From Vibrio cholerae ATCC 14035 (GTDB lineage Bacteria; Pseudomonadota; Gammaproteobacteria; Enterobacterales; Vibrionaceae), in assembly GCF_000621645.1 (NCBI RefSeq), contig NZ_JHXR01000009.1:90001-122000 (forward strand): DNA of 32,000 nt, written 5' to 3'. The number at the start of each line of letters is the position of its first letter. Position 1 is the stretch's first letter. Below are positions 17,490 through 25,844 of this stretch, in pieces. The translations under genes and the position numbers were made by a program. The notes beneath the pieces are model-generated. The model saw nothing but the letters and a program-made list of their open reading frames with translations. It searched no databases and was not told where the DNA came from.

Positions 17490-17588
17490 CACTGCGAGAG
17501 GAGTGAAGCTCAAGGTGACCACCGAACGCGAGAGTTGAGGTGAATAGACCGAGAAAACGGCACTGCAACTCCAAGTAGGACGGGTATC
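17490..17588. repeat. Degenerate ERIC-like element
   Basis: The right end CACTGCAACTCCAAGTAGGACGGGTATC is clear. The left part GTGAAGCTCAAGGTGACCACCGAACG loosely parallels TTGAAGCTGCAGCGGTGTTGGCTACG of the full copy. Confidence 0.45.
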
Positions 17589-17689
17589 TAAACATTTTTC
17601 GTGAACATGACAAATAGCCCTTGAACTCAAGGGGAAATAGAGCGATTATCCGCCACCTCTTCTGTTGTGTGTCAAAATGTAACAAGCTC

Positions 17690-18532
17690 ATGGAACATAA
17701 CCAATTCGATTCTCTTCTCCCACCCCAGATGGCAGAACGTGCCGCCATTACGGGTGAAGGTAAAGCTAAAAAAGCGGCGTACAAATCTTTCCTGTTGGCG
17801 ATTTCTGCTGGCATCCAAATCGGTATTGCCTTTGTTTTTTATACCGTAGTCACGACTGGTGCTCACGATATGCCTTACGGGGTGACTAAGCTGCTCGGCG
17901 GCTTAGCTTTTAGCTTAGGTTTAATCCTAGTCGTCATTACTGGCGGTGAGCTGTTTACCAGCTCAGTGTTGATTTTGGTGGCGAAAGCGAGTGGTAAAAT
18001 TTCGTGGAAAGAGCTGGTTCGCAACTGGACGGTGGTCTACTTCGGTAACTTATGTGGTTCGATTATCTTAGTGTTTATCATGCTCGCCACCCGTCAGTTT
18101 ATGGAAGATGGTGGTCAGCTTGGCTTAAATGCGATGGCGATTTCCCAGCACAAATTGCATCACACCTTCTTGCAAGCTTTCGCGCTTGGATTGATGTGTA
18201 ACATCCTAGTTTGTTTGGCGGTTTGGATGACCTTTAGTGCCCGCTCGTTAACTGATAAAGTGATGGTCTTGATCCTGCCGGTGGCCATGTTTGTCTCTTC
18301 CGGTTTTGAGCACTGTATTGCCAATATGTTCCAAGTACCGATGGCGATTGGGATTAAGTATTTTGCGCCAGAGAGTTTTTGGGCAATGACAGGAGCGAAT
18401 ATCGCTCAGTACGCAGATCTCAACTTTGTTAACTTCATCGTCAATAACCTCATTCCAGTGACCTTAGGCAATATTGTTGGTGGCGGTGTGTTTGTTGGCA
18501 TGTGGTACTGGCTGATCTATCTAAAAGATTAA
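17690..18532 (+). CDS. focA: Formate/nitrite transporter family channel, FocA-like
   Basis: I chose the ATG at 17690 (MEHNQFDSLLPPQMAERA...). It is 280 aa and collinear with E. coli FocA as recalled (LGLILVV..GGELFTSSVLI.VAKASG.I.W, FEH.IANMF, NLIPVT.GNI.GG). Confidence 0.85.
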   Translation: MEHNQFDSLLPPQMAERAAITGEGKAKKAAYKSFLLAISAGIQIGIAFVFYTVVTTGAHDMPYGVTKLLGGLAFSLGLILVVITGGELFTSSVLILVAKASGKISWKELVRNWTVVYFGNLCGSIILVFIMLATRQFMEDGGQLGLNAMAISQHKLHHTFLQAFALGLMCNILVCLAVWMTFSARSLTDKVMVLILPVAMFVSSGFEHCIANMFQVPMAIGIKYFAPESFWAMTGANIAQYADLNFVNFIVNNLIPVTLGNIVGGGVFVGMWYWLIYLKD

Positions 18533-18568
18533 TCCTGACAACCATCAGCGCTTCCCCAATACCCCACA

Positions 18569-18597
18569 ATCCCTGAGTGTTACTCGGGGATTTTTTT
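18569..18597 (+). terminator. Rho-independent terminator of focA
   Basis: ATCCCTGAG, loop TGTTA, CTCGGGGAT (one G-U pair), followed by TTTTTTT. Confidence 0.8.
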
Positions 18598-18662
18598 ACC
18601 TGTTTTTCCTTGCACTCATGAGGTTATCATCGTGGTGCAATCGCTTTTCGACACCAGTAGTC

Positions 18663-18685
18663 TTATCCACATTTTCTGTGGATAA
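18663..18685. promoter_or_regulatory. Two perfect consensus DnaA boxes in inverted orientation (TTATCCACA, 5-nt spacer, TGTGGATAA)
   Basis: There are exact matches to TTATNCACA at 18663-18671 on the plus strand and 18677-18685 on the minus strand. Two 2-mismatch boxes at 18702-18710 and 18727-18735 share the second orientation. Confidence 0.5.
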
Positions 18686-18786
18686 CTCAGAGCAAACGCC
18701 GTGTGTAACCTTATCGAATTGAATTCTGTGAGGAACGGTGCGCATTTCTTGTGCAAGCTGCCTACTTTTGGGGCGCAGCAATGCCA

Positions 18787-18886
18787 ATATTTCCTTCTCA
18801 CCTGAAACTGTAGCGGTGTTGGCTGGTGTCATTCACCCCAATCGCTCTTTATCGCCAATCTGCAACTCCAAGTAGTTTGGGTATAG
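18787..18886. repeat. Short-form ERIC/IRU element (~100 bp, internal deletion)
   Basis: ATATTTCCTTCTCACCTGAAACTGTAGCGGTGTTGGCTGGTGTCATTCACCCCAATC ... CTGCAACTCCAAGTAGTTTGGGTATAG aligns with both ends of the 12831-12960 copy. Confidence 0.7.
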
Positions 18887-18951
18887 ATATTTACGGTTTG
18901 TCATTATTTGAATGGTGAAACGAAAAATATGTCTTGGCTAAAATAGGCTGT

Positions 18952-18990
18952 TTGTTTTTATTTTGTTTTAAATTCACAAAATAAAAACAA
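18952..18990. repeat. Perfect 15-bp-arm inverted repeat, almost pure A/T (TTGTTTTTATTTTGT, 9-nt spacer, ACAAAATAAAAACAA)
   Basis: Arms at 18952-18966 and 18976-18990 are exact reverse complements, checked base by base. It lies 7 bp upstream of the tor-box decamers. Confidence 0.9.
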
Positions 18991-18996
18991 TATTAA

Positions 18997-19026
18997 TTTG
19001 TCATAACTGTTCATAATTTTTCATCT
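18997..19026 (+). promoter_or_regulatory. Three contiguous tor-box-like decamers (TTTGTCATAA CTGTTCATAA TTTTTCATCT), a probable TorR binding site
   Basis: The middle decamer matches the E. coli tor box CTGTTCATAT at 9/10. The direct 10-bp phasing lies upstream of torECA. A fourth weaker unit, CTGTTTGTTT, is at 18948-18957. Confidence 0.6.
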
Positions 19027-19211
19027 CATTTTTTAATCAGACACAACTCCGTTCTAACTCAAAAAAGTGTTGATTAACAAGGGTTGGACGATGGTTTTAG
19101 ATTGAACCCTATTAAATGTATGGTCTAACATTCGCCTTAATTAAACTTGATTTGTCGCCTCTCTGAAAAATAAGAGTGGCGGAAATTTCAGCAAATAAAG
19201 TAGGCAAATGT

Positions 19212-19394
19212 ATGAGTGATGTTAATAAAGTCGAAAGCGGTGAAAAACGCTCTCTGGAGTGGAAGTCATTCCTCTTCATCACTGTGGTTCTTTTTCCCAT
19301 CTTAAGCGTGGCTTTCGTGGGTGGATATGGATTCATTGTGTGGATGCTGCAGATGTTCGTGTTTGGTCCTCCAGGTCTGCACGGCGGTTTCTAA
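19212..19394 (+). CDS. torE: NapE/TorE-family small membrane protein of the TMAO reductase system
   Basis: 60 aa from the ATG at 19212. It has a single TM helix (WKSFLFITVVLFPILSVAFVGGYGFIVWM) and sits immediately upstream of torC. Confidence 0.75.
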   Translation: MSDVNKVESGEKRSLEWKSFLFITVVLFPILSVAFVGGYGFIVWMLQMFVFGPPGLHGGF

Positions 19395-19440
19395 CCACCT
19401 CCATTTCTACTGTTGAATGACTTAGCTAAGAGAAGAAAGC

Positions 19441-20625
19441 ATGAAATCGTTAATTTTAAAAATGTGGCGCACCATGACGCGTCCCGCGGTACACATTAGC
19501 CTAGGGGTATTGACTCTCGGTGGCTTTATCGCTGGGGTAATTTTCTGGGGCGGCTTTAACACCGCTTTGGAAGCGACCAACACGGAAGAGTTCTGTATCA
19601 GCTGTCACACCATGCGTGACAACGTGTACCAAGAGCTGCAAACCACAGTGCACTGGAAAAACCACTCTGGTGTGCGAGCGACCTGTCCTGATTGTCACGT
19701 CCCGCATGAGTGGACAGCGAAAATCGCACGTAAGATGCAAGCTTCAAAAGAAGTATTCGCACAGATCTTTGGTGATTTAGATACACCAGAAAAGTTTGAA
19801 GAGCGCCGAATTGAATTGGCAAAACACGAATGGGATCGCTTTGCGGCGAACAAATCTCTGGAGTGTAAAAACTGCCATAACTACGAATCGATGGATTTTG
19901 ATCAGATGTCCGCAACGGCGCGCATCCAAATGAAGCAAGCGGCTGAGCGCGATCAAAGCTGTATCGATTGCCACAAGGGGATTGCCCACAACTTGCCGAA
20001 AAACATGGAGAGCTCAAGCGGCTTGATTGGTGAGCTCGAAGGTATGGCATCCAACACCAAATACTCCAATGGTGAAACCTTAGTCAGCGTGCGTTTCCTC
20101 CCTGTGTATGAAGATGATCAAGCCAAAGTGGAAGCGGGTCTACTCAACCCTGCTTCTGAAGTGAAAGTGCTGACTGAAAAAGGCGACATGATGCAAGTGG
20201 AGATCAACGGCTGGCGTAAATCGAAAGGCTTTGGCCGTGTGATCCAAGAAGATTTCGGTATGAACATCGCGGTGGCGTCGCTACTGAAAGAGGCCGCCAT
20301 GTCGGATGCGATTGTGACCACGGGTGAGCAGAAAGTCGATGATATGACGGGTCTACCTTGGGAACAAGTGAGCGCGAGAGTGTGGATGAAAAAAGAAGCC
20401 ATGCTGAACGACATCAACCCGGTTTGGGAAAAAGCGCGTGAAGCATACAAGACCAACTGTTCTGTCTGCCACACCCAACCGGATGAAGCGCACTTTGATG
20501 CCAACACTTGGCCTGGCATGTTCGACGGTATGTTGGCATTCGTCAACTTCGATACCGACAGTGAAGCGCTGGTACTCAAGTATCTGCAAAAACACTCTTC
20601 AGATTTCGCTGAAGGCCATCACTAA
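19441..20625 (+). CDS. torC: Pentahaem c-type cytochrome TorC (NapC/NirT tetrahaem module plus C-terminal monohaem domain)
   Basis: 394 aa with an N-terminal TM anchor. There are five CxxCH motifs (CISCH, CPDCH, CKNCH, CIDCH, CSVCH). Confidence 0.93.
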   Translation: MKSLILKMWRTMTRPAVHISLGVLTLGGFIAGVIFWGGFNTALEATNTEEFCISCHTMRDNVYQELQTTVHWKNHSGVRATCPDCHVPHEWTAKIARKMQASKEVFAQIFGDLDTPEKFEERRIELAKHEWDRFAANKSLECKNCHNYESMDFDQMSATARIQMKQAAERDQSCIDCHKGIAHNLPKNMESSSGLIGELEGMASNTKYSNGETLVSVRFLPVYEDDQAKVEAGLLNPASEVKVLTEKGDMMQVEINGWRKSKGFGRVIQEDFGMNIAVASLLKEAAMSDAIVTTGEQKVDDMTGLPWEQVSARVWMKKEAMLNDINPVWEKAREAYKTNCSVCHTQPDEAHFDANTWPGMFDGMLAFVNFDTDSEALVLKYLQKHSSDFAEGHH

Positions 20626-20648
20626 GCAACGTCATACGGAGTCATAAC

Positions 20649-23111
20649 ATGGCGATTACACGAAGAAGTTTTCTGAAAGGTGTCGCAACCACCAGTGCGG
20701 CATCGATCATTGGCCCAAGCCTACTGACCTCAGTTTCTGCCCAAGCGGCAGAAACCACGGGAACTTGGAAAGTCTCCGGTTCTCACTGGGGCGCATTCCG
20801 CGCCCACATCTACGGCGGAAAGGTACAAGAGCTGAAAGCGTTGGAGTTGGATACCCACCCAACGGAAATGTTGAACGGCATTCAAGGCATTCTGTACAGC
20901 CCATCTCGCGTGCGTTACCCAATGGTGCGCCTCGATTGGTTGAAAAAACACAAATACAGTGCAGAAACGCGCGGTAACAACCGTTTTATCCGTGTGACTT
21001 GGGATGAGGCGATTGACCTATTCTACCGTGAATTAGAGCGTGTGCAGAAGCAATACGGCCCTTGGGCACTGCACGCAGGCCAAACCGGTTGGAACCAAAC
21101 CGGTGCTTTCCACAACTGTACCGCGATGATGCAACGCGCGGTGGGTATGCACGGTAACTACATCACCAAAGTCGGGGATTACTCGACTGGTGCTGGTCAA
21201 ACCATCATGCCTTACGTACTGGGTTCAACCGAAGTTTACGCGCAAGGTACCTCTTGGAGCGAGATTTTAGACAACTCAGACAACATCATTCTGTGGGCAA
21301 ACGATCCGGTGAAAAACCTGCAAGTGGGTTGGAACTGTGAAACGCACCAGTCTTTCGGCTATCTGGATCAACTGAAAGAGAAAGTCGCAAAAGGCGAGAT
21401 CAACGTGGTTTCTGTTGACCCAGTGAAAAACAAAACGCAGCGTTTCTTACAAAACGATCACTTGTACATCAACCCACAAACTGACGTGGCGTTTATGCTG
21501 GCGCTCGCGCATGTGTTGTATACCGAAAATCTGTACGACAAGAAGTTCATTGAAACTTACTGCTTGGGATTTGAAGAGTTCATCCCTTACGTACTGGGTA
21601 AGAGCAAAGATAAGGTTGAAAAAACGCCTGAGTGGGCAGCGACAATCTGTGGCGTGAAACCCGATGCGATCCGCGATTTCGCCCGTATGTTGGTCAATGG
21701 TCGTACTCAGCTGCTGTTTGGTTGGTGTATCCAACGTCAAGAGCACGGGGAGCAGCCGTACTGGATGGGCGCGGTACTGGCGGCCATGATCGGTCAAATC
21801 GGTCTGCCGGGTGGCGGTATCTCTTATGGTCACCACTATTCAGGCATCGGCGTACCTTCAACGGGGTTTGCGGGTCCTGGCGGCTTCCCACGTAACCTTG
21901 ACCAAGGTGCGAAGCCGAAGTGGGATAACAATGACTTCAACGGTTACAGCCGCACGATTCCGGTTGCTCGCTGGATTGATGCGATTCTCGAACCGGGTAA
22001 GAAGATCAACCACAACGGAAATACAGTCACGCTGCCCGGTTTCAAGATGATGGTGATTTCGGGTTGTAACCCTTGGCACCACCATCAAGACCGCAACAAA
22101 ATGAAGCGTGCGTTCCAGAAACTGGAGACTGTGGTGACGATTGATTTCAGTTGGACGGCAACCTGCCGCTTTTCTGACATCGTACTGCCTGCTTGCACCC
22201 AGTGGGAACGTAACGACATCGACTCTTACGGTTCCTACTCAGGTAAAGGCCTGATTGCGATGCATCGTTTGGTTGACCCGCTGTTCCAGTCACGTACTGA
22301 CTTTGAAATCATGACCGAGCTGACCCGTCGCTTTGGCCGTGAAAAAGAGTACACCCGTGGCATGGATGAGATGGAGTGGGTACGTTCACTTTATGACGAG
22401 TGTAAGAAAGCCAACGAAGGTAAATTTGCCATGCCAGAATTCGAAGAGTTCTGGGAAAAAGGCTTCCTTGATTTTGGTACAGGCACACCTTGGGTTCGTC
22501 ATGCGGATTTCCGCAAAGATCCTGAAATCAATGCATTGGGTACGCCTTCTGGTTTTATCGAAATTACGTCACGTAAGATCGGTCGCTACGGTTATGAACA
22601 CTGCCAAGAACACCCAATGTGGTTTGAGAAAACCGAACGTTCACACGGGGGGCCGGGCTCTGACAAATATCCGTTCTGGTTACAATCATGCCACCCAGAT
22701 AAGCGTCTGCACTCACAAATGTGTGAAGCCGAAGCATTCCGCGCGACTTACGCAGTGCAGGGGCGTGAGCCAGTGTACATCAACCCAGTGGATGCGAAAG
22801 CCAAAGGCATTAAAGATGGCGATCTGGTGCGCGTATTCAACGACCGTGGTCAGTTATTGGCGGGAGCGGTGCTGAGTGACAGCTATCCACGTGGCGTGAT
22901 CCGCATTGAAGAGGGGGCTTGGTATGGCCCATTGACAGAGAAAGTTGGGGCGATCTGTACTTACGGCGATCCCAATACTCTGACTCTGGATCTGGGAACG
23001 TCAGAGCTGGCGCAAGCCACTTCTGCCAATACCTGTATCGTTGATTTTGAGAAATTCCGTGGTGAAGTACCTCCTGTAACTTCATTCGGTGGCCCAATCG
23101 AAGTCATCTAG
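20649..23111 (+). CDS. torA: Periplasmic trimethylamine-N-oxide reductase TorA (molybdopterin, DMSO reductase family)
   Basis: 820 aa with the twin-arginine signal [11 protein letters not shown]...AQA. It is collinear with E. coli TorA as recalled ([40 protein letters not shown]). Confidence 0.93.
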   Translation: MAITRRSFLKGVATTSAASIIGPSLLTSVSAQAAETTGTWKVSGSHWGAFRAHIYGGKVQELKALELDTHPTEMLNGIQGILYSPSRVRYPMVRLDWLKKHKYSAETRGNNRFIRVTWDEAIDLFYRELERVQKQYGPWALHAGQTGWNQTGAFHNCTAMMQRAVGMHGNYITKVGDYSTGAGQTIMPYVLGSTEVYAQGTSWSEILDNSDNIILWANDPVKNLQVGWNCETHQSFGYLDQLKEKVAKGEINVVSVDPVKNKTQRFLQNDHLYINPQTDVAFMLALAHVLYTENLYDKKFIETYCLGFEEFIPYVLGKSKDKVEKTPEWAATICGVKPDAIRDFARMLVNGRTQLLFGWCIQRQEHGEQPYWMGAVLAAMIGQIGLPGGGISYGHHYSGIGVPSTGFAGPGGFPRNLDQGAKPKWDNNDFNGYSRTIPVARWIDAILEPGKKINHNGNTVTLPGFKMMVISGCNPWHHHQDRNKMKRAFQKLETVVTIDFSWTATCRFSDIVLPACTQWERNDIDSYGSYSGKGLIAMHRLVDPLFQSRTDFEIMTELTRRFGREKEYTRGMDEMEWVRSLYDECKKANEGKFAMPEFEEFWEKGFLDFGTGTPWVRHADFRKDPEINALGTPSGFIEITSRKIGRYGYEHCQEHPMWFEKTERSHGGPGSDKYPFWLQSCHPDKRLHSQMCEAEAFRATYAVQGREPVYINPVDAKAKGIKDGDLVRVFNDRGQLLAGAVLSDSYPRGVIRIEEGAWYGPLTEKVGAICTYGDPNTLTLDLGTSELAQATSANTCIVDFEKFRGEVPPVTSFGGPIEVI

Positions 23112-23145
23112 TCATCTCTTTAACGTAAAATGCGCGTTATCCCTC

Positions 23146-23172
23146 AAGCCAGCGTTCAACGCTGGCTTTTTT
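23146..23172 (+). terminator. Rho-independent terminator of torA
   Basis: AAGCCAGCGTT, C, AACGCTGGCTT followed by TTTTTT, 35 nt after the torA stop. Confidence 0.85.
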
Positions 23173-23309
23173 CTTCTCTTTTATCCGTAAATCCGCTTAA
23201 TCTGTCGCCAAATGAACCGTTGGATACGGTTGGAACACACAAAACGTGAACCAATTAACGTCATGCGTAAGCCATTGGTCAGACACTCAGAGCAAAAAGG
23301 AGAGAATCA

Positions 23310-25046
23310 ATGAGCCATCTCAGATTAGCGAATGGGCGAGAAATCCTAGTGCAGCAAGCGGATATTGAGCTGGAGATCGCAGGCAATGAGCTTTTTGCTC
23401 GGTATATCGGGTTACACAATCGACCTTTTGAGCGCCGTTATCCACTGTTTAGCACTTTACTGGATGTCGAATCGGATGCCCGCTTAGTGGGGGATGGCTT
23501 TCAAATGCTGTCGCAAGCCTCAGGTACGCTAAGCCATATCCAAGAAGTTGGACGATGTCCAGATAACAATCTCAGTTACCGCATCTACCCGCATGATGCG
23601 CCAAAGCGTTTTTACAATACCTTGATGATAGAGGCCGCTGGCCGCTATCTGTTGTTTGGCTTTACTTCTTGCCAGCGTTTTGCGGGCTTTTTTGAAGTGC
23701 TCCGTCACCCGCAGCATTGGGTGTTAAGCGCGTTTATTGATGGAGAGGAAACCCGCCCACAAGACTGGATCACCAATCAATTGGAATCGGTGATTTGCTT
23801 AGAAGGCGAATCCATGTCAGAGCTTTACCAAGCCTATGCCGAGGCGATCTCTCGCCACCATCCGCCAAGACCCCATCTCAAAGATCCCGCACCAATGGGC
23901 TGGTGTTCTTGGTACGCCTATTATGCAGAGGTGACCGAACAAGATATCAAAGAGAATGTCGCGATATTGGCGGAGCGTCACCCAGAATTGGAATGGGTGC
24001 TGCTGGATGACGGCTATCAAGCGTTTATGGGCGATTGGCTCACACCATCCCAAAAATTTCCCAGTGGTATTCAGCAAGTGGTTGCCGATATTCGAGCCCA
24101 AGGTAAAAAGCCCGCCATTTGGCTCGCGCCTTTTATCGCGGAAGCGGATTCAGCGGTCTTTCGTCAGCATCCGGACTGGTTTGTGAAAAATGCCGCAGGT
24201 CAGCCACTCAAAGCCGAAGAGATCACTTATGGCGGTTGGCGCTGTACGCCTTGGTATGTGTTGGATGGTTCTCATCCGGATGTGCAAGAGCACTTGACCC
24301 AAGTGGTGAAAACCCTGCGTGAAGAGTGGGGCGTTGAACTGTTTAAGCTGGATGCCAACTACTGGGGAACGCTACAAGGCCAGCGTTTTCAATCGGGTGT
24401 TACGGGTGTAGAAGCGTATCGAATGGGCATGCAAGCCATCGCGGAAGGCGCAGGCGATGGGTGGCTACTCGGTTGTAATGCGCCGATGTGGCCTTCACTG
24501 GGTTTGGTGGATGCAATGCGTGTGTCGGATGATGTAGAGCGCAATGCCGATCGCTTTTGCCAAATTGCGCGTGAAACCTTAATGCGCAGTTGGCAGCACC
24601 GGCAACTGTGGCAAATCGATCCGGATTGCTTAACGCTCACCTCGCTGCCCAATCAAAGTGCCGATCGCGCCAGCTACGAATTCCACCGTAATTTGCTGCT
24701 TGCCAGTGGTGGTTTGCTATTGTCAGGCGACCCACTGCCGAAATTAACACCGTTTGCAAAACAGAGCCTGAAACGTTTACTCAAACGATTCCAATACAGT
24801 CAGAAGGCGGCCAAAATCACTTCCTTGAGTATGCGCCATGCCTTCTTACCGCTGACCGATAAAAATGATCTGCACTGCTTGTTTAACTTCAACGGTAAAG
24901 CTCAGGAGTTTACCTTGGTCGCCAATCATCCGGTGCAATGGTATGACTATTGGACAGGAGAGCAATTAAGCAGCGAACCTTCCAAACTGCTCATCGTTAA
25001 CTTAGAGAAGGGGTTACAAAGCCGCGCCATTTTTACAGTGGGTTAA
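23310..25046 (+). CDS. Glycoside hydrolase, GH36/melibiase-like (putative alpha-galactosidase), short form
   Basis: 578 aa with SD AAGGAGAG before the ATG at 23310. It carries TIM-barrel alpha-galactosidase-type motifs (GWCSWYAYY, LLDDGYQ, FKLDANYW, RVSDD). Confidence 0.6.
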   Translation: MSHLRLANGREILVQQADIELEIAGNELFARYIGLHNRPFERRYPLFSTLLDVESDARLVGDGFQMLSQASGTLSHIQEVGRCPDNNLSYRIYPHDAPKRFYNTLMIEAAGRYLLFGFTSCQRFAGFFEVLRHPQHWVLSAFIDGEETRPQDWITNQLESVICLEGESMSELYQAYAEAISRHHPPRPHLKDPAPMGWCSWYAYYAEVTEQDIKENVAILAERHPELEWVLLDDGYQAFMGDWLTPSQKFPSGIQQVVADIRAQGKKPAIWLAPFIAEADSAVFRQHPDWFVKNAAGQPLKAEEITYGGWRCTPWYVLDGSHPDVQEHLTQVVKTLREEWGVELFKLDANYWGTLQGQRFQSGVTGVEAYRMGMQAIAEGAGDGWLLGCNAPMWPSLGLVDAMRVSDDVERNADRFCQIARETLMRSWQHRQLWQIDPDCLTLTSLPNQSADRASYEFHRNLLLASGGLLLSGDPLPKLTPFAKQSLKRLLKRFQYSQKAAKITSLSMRHAFLPLTDKNDLHCLFNFNGKAQEFTLVANHPVQWYDYWTGEQLSSEPSKLLIVNLEKGLQSRAIFTVG

Positions 25047-25049
25047 TGG

Positions 25050-25781
25050 TTATTTGACCAGATTATTGTTTGGCTCGATGGAGAGGTTTTGGGATTGTTG
25101 CCATTTTTCAATACTCTGACTCAATTGTGGCAAGAGGTCTTTTTGAGTTTGGTGAACGTAATGATAAAGCTCCTCTTGTAAGAGAGGGTTACTCACCACT
25201 TTAAGTTTAGGGTATTGATTTTTTACCTGGAAGAAAACTGGAACGGCCGTGAGCCATATATCGACGCGTGATTTGCTGACCATTTCGGCGGCAGATTGAG
25301 CAGAGTTGACCTGATAAACTTGGCTGCCTAAATTCAGCTCTTTGGCATATTGCGTACCATTAAGAATGACAATTTTGAGATCTTTTAATGCATTAAGATC
25401 GTCGAAGAATAAGGTTTGATTGGCGGAAATAGCGACAACAGTCATTGAATAAAGCGCGGGCTCGACTTTGATAAGATTGCTGGCATTAGGCAGAGCGCCA
25501 ATTCGTAAATCCAACGCTTGAAAATGTCCCTCATTACTCATCCTGACGGCTCGCTCATCGGGTAGTACGACGAAGGTGGGTGATATACCGATTTGTTGGT
25601 ATATCGAGGTAAGATCATCCGTTAATTTGACTAATTGATTCTGTTCTGAGAAAAGTTCATTTACGTAAGTCTCACCTAAGGCGATCTCATAGGCTTTAAC
25701 TTGTGAGATGCCGATTAAGCTAAGTACAAGGATAGAAAAAAGCCTTCCAAACAAGCACATTTCACGCCCAAAAAAAAACAT
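25050..25781 (-). CDS. Secreted periplasmic-binding-protein-like protein (family-3 solute-binding fold, orphan)
   Basis: 243 aa with signal peptide ...LFSILVLSLIGISQVKA. Loosely SBP_bac_3-like (LPDERAVRMSNEGHFQALDLRIG). The start is ambiguous between 25781, directly followed by a T9 tract, and 25760. The region looks AT-richer than its neighbours by eye. Confidence 0.5.
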   Translation of the reverse strand: MFFFGREMCLFGRLFSILVLSLIGISQVKAYEIALGETYVNELFSEQNQLVKLTDDLTSIYQQIGISPTFVVLPDERAVRMSNEGHFQALDLRIGALPNASNLIKVEPALYSMTVVAISANQTLFFDDLNALKDLKIVILNGTQYAKELNLGSQVYQVNSAQSAAEMVSKSRVDIWLTAVPVFFQVKNQYPKLKVVSNPLLQEELYHYVHQTQKDLLPQLSQSIEKWQQSQNLSIEPNNNLVK

Positions 25782-25844
25782 ACAAGCTCTCCTACCAGAC
25801 TAGTAGTGAGTATAGTCACTGTTTAGAGTATGAGTATGGCTATC

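Noticed and set aside
17618-17633. FNR box upstream of focA
   Set aside because: TTGA-AC-TCAA has a 2-bp rather than the 4-bp central spacer of TTGAT-N4-ATCAA, so it does not fit FNR/CRP-family geometry.
17339-17689. Extended versions of the 77-aa gene (126 aa) and focA (303 aa), and the 92/122-aa minus-strand ORFs
   Set aside because: The extensions run through the ERIC-like repeat and intergenic palindromes. They give Cys/Leu/Arg-rich sequence not found at the N-termini of homologues, and the internal ATGs reproduce the expected family N-termini.
18596-18832. 78-aa and 61-aa minus-strand ORFs in the focA-torE spacer
   Set aside because: They overlap the ERIC copy and the DnaA-box hairpin and have no SD. 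The sequences are unremarkable, so they are most likely non-coding.
18963-18978. CRP site inside the A/T palindrome (TCACA at 18974-18978)
   Set aside because: Only the right half-site matches. With the required 6-bp spacer the left half reads TTGTT, a poor match to TGTGA.
19598-20579. Minus-strand ORFs of 150 and 153 aa inside torC
   Set aside because: They are antisense shadows of the haem-motif-bearing torC frame, with low-complexity Ser/Pro/Ala-rich translations.
22333-22875. 180-aa alternative-frame ORF inside torA, and several 60-130-aa ORFs at 20707-22088
   Set aside because: The TorA frame is continuous and homologous over its full length. The alternative frames have no start context or motifs.
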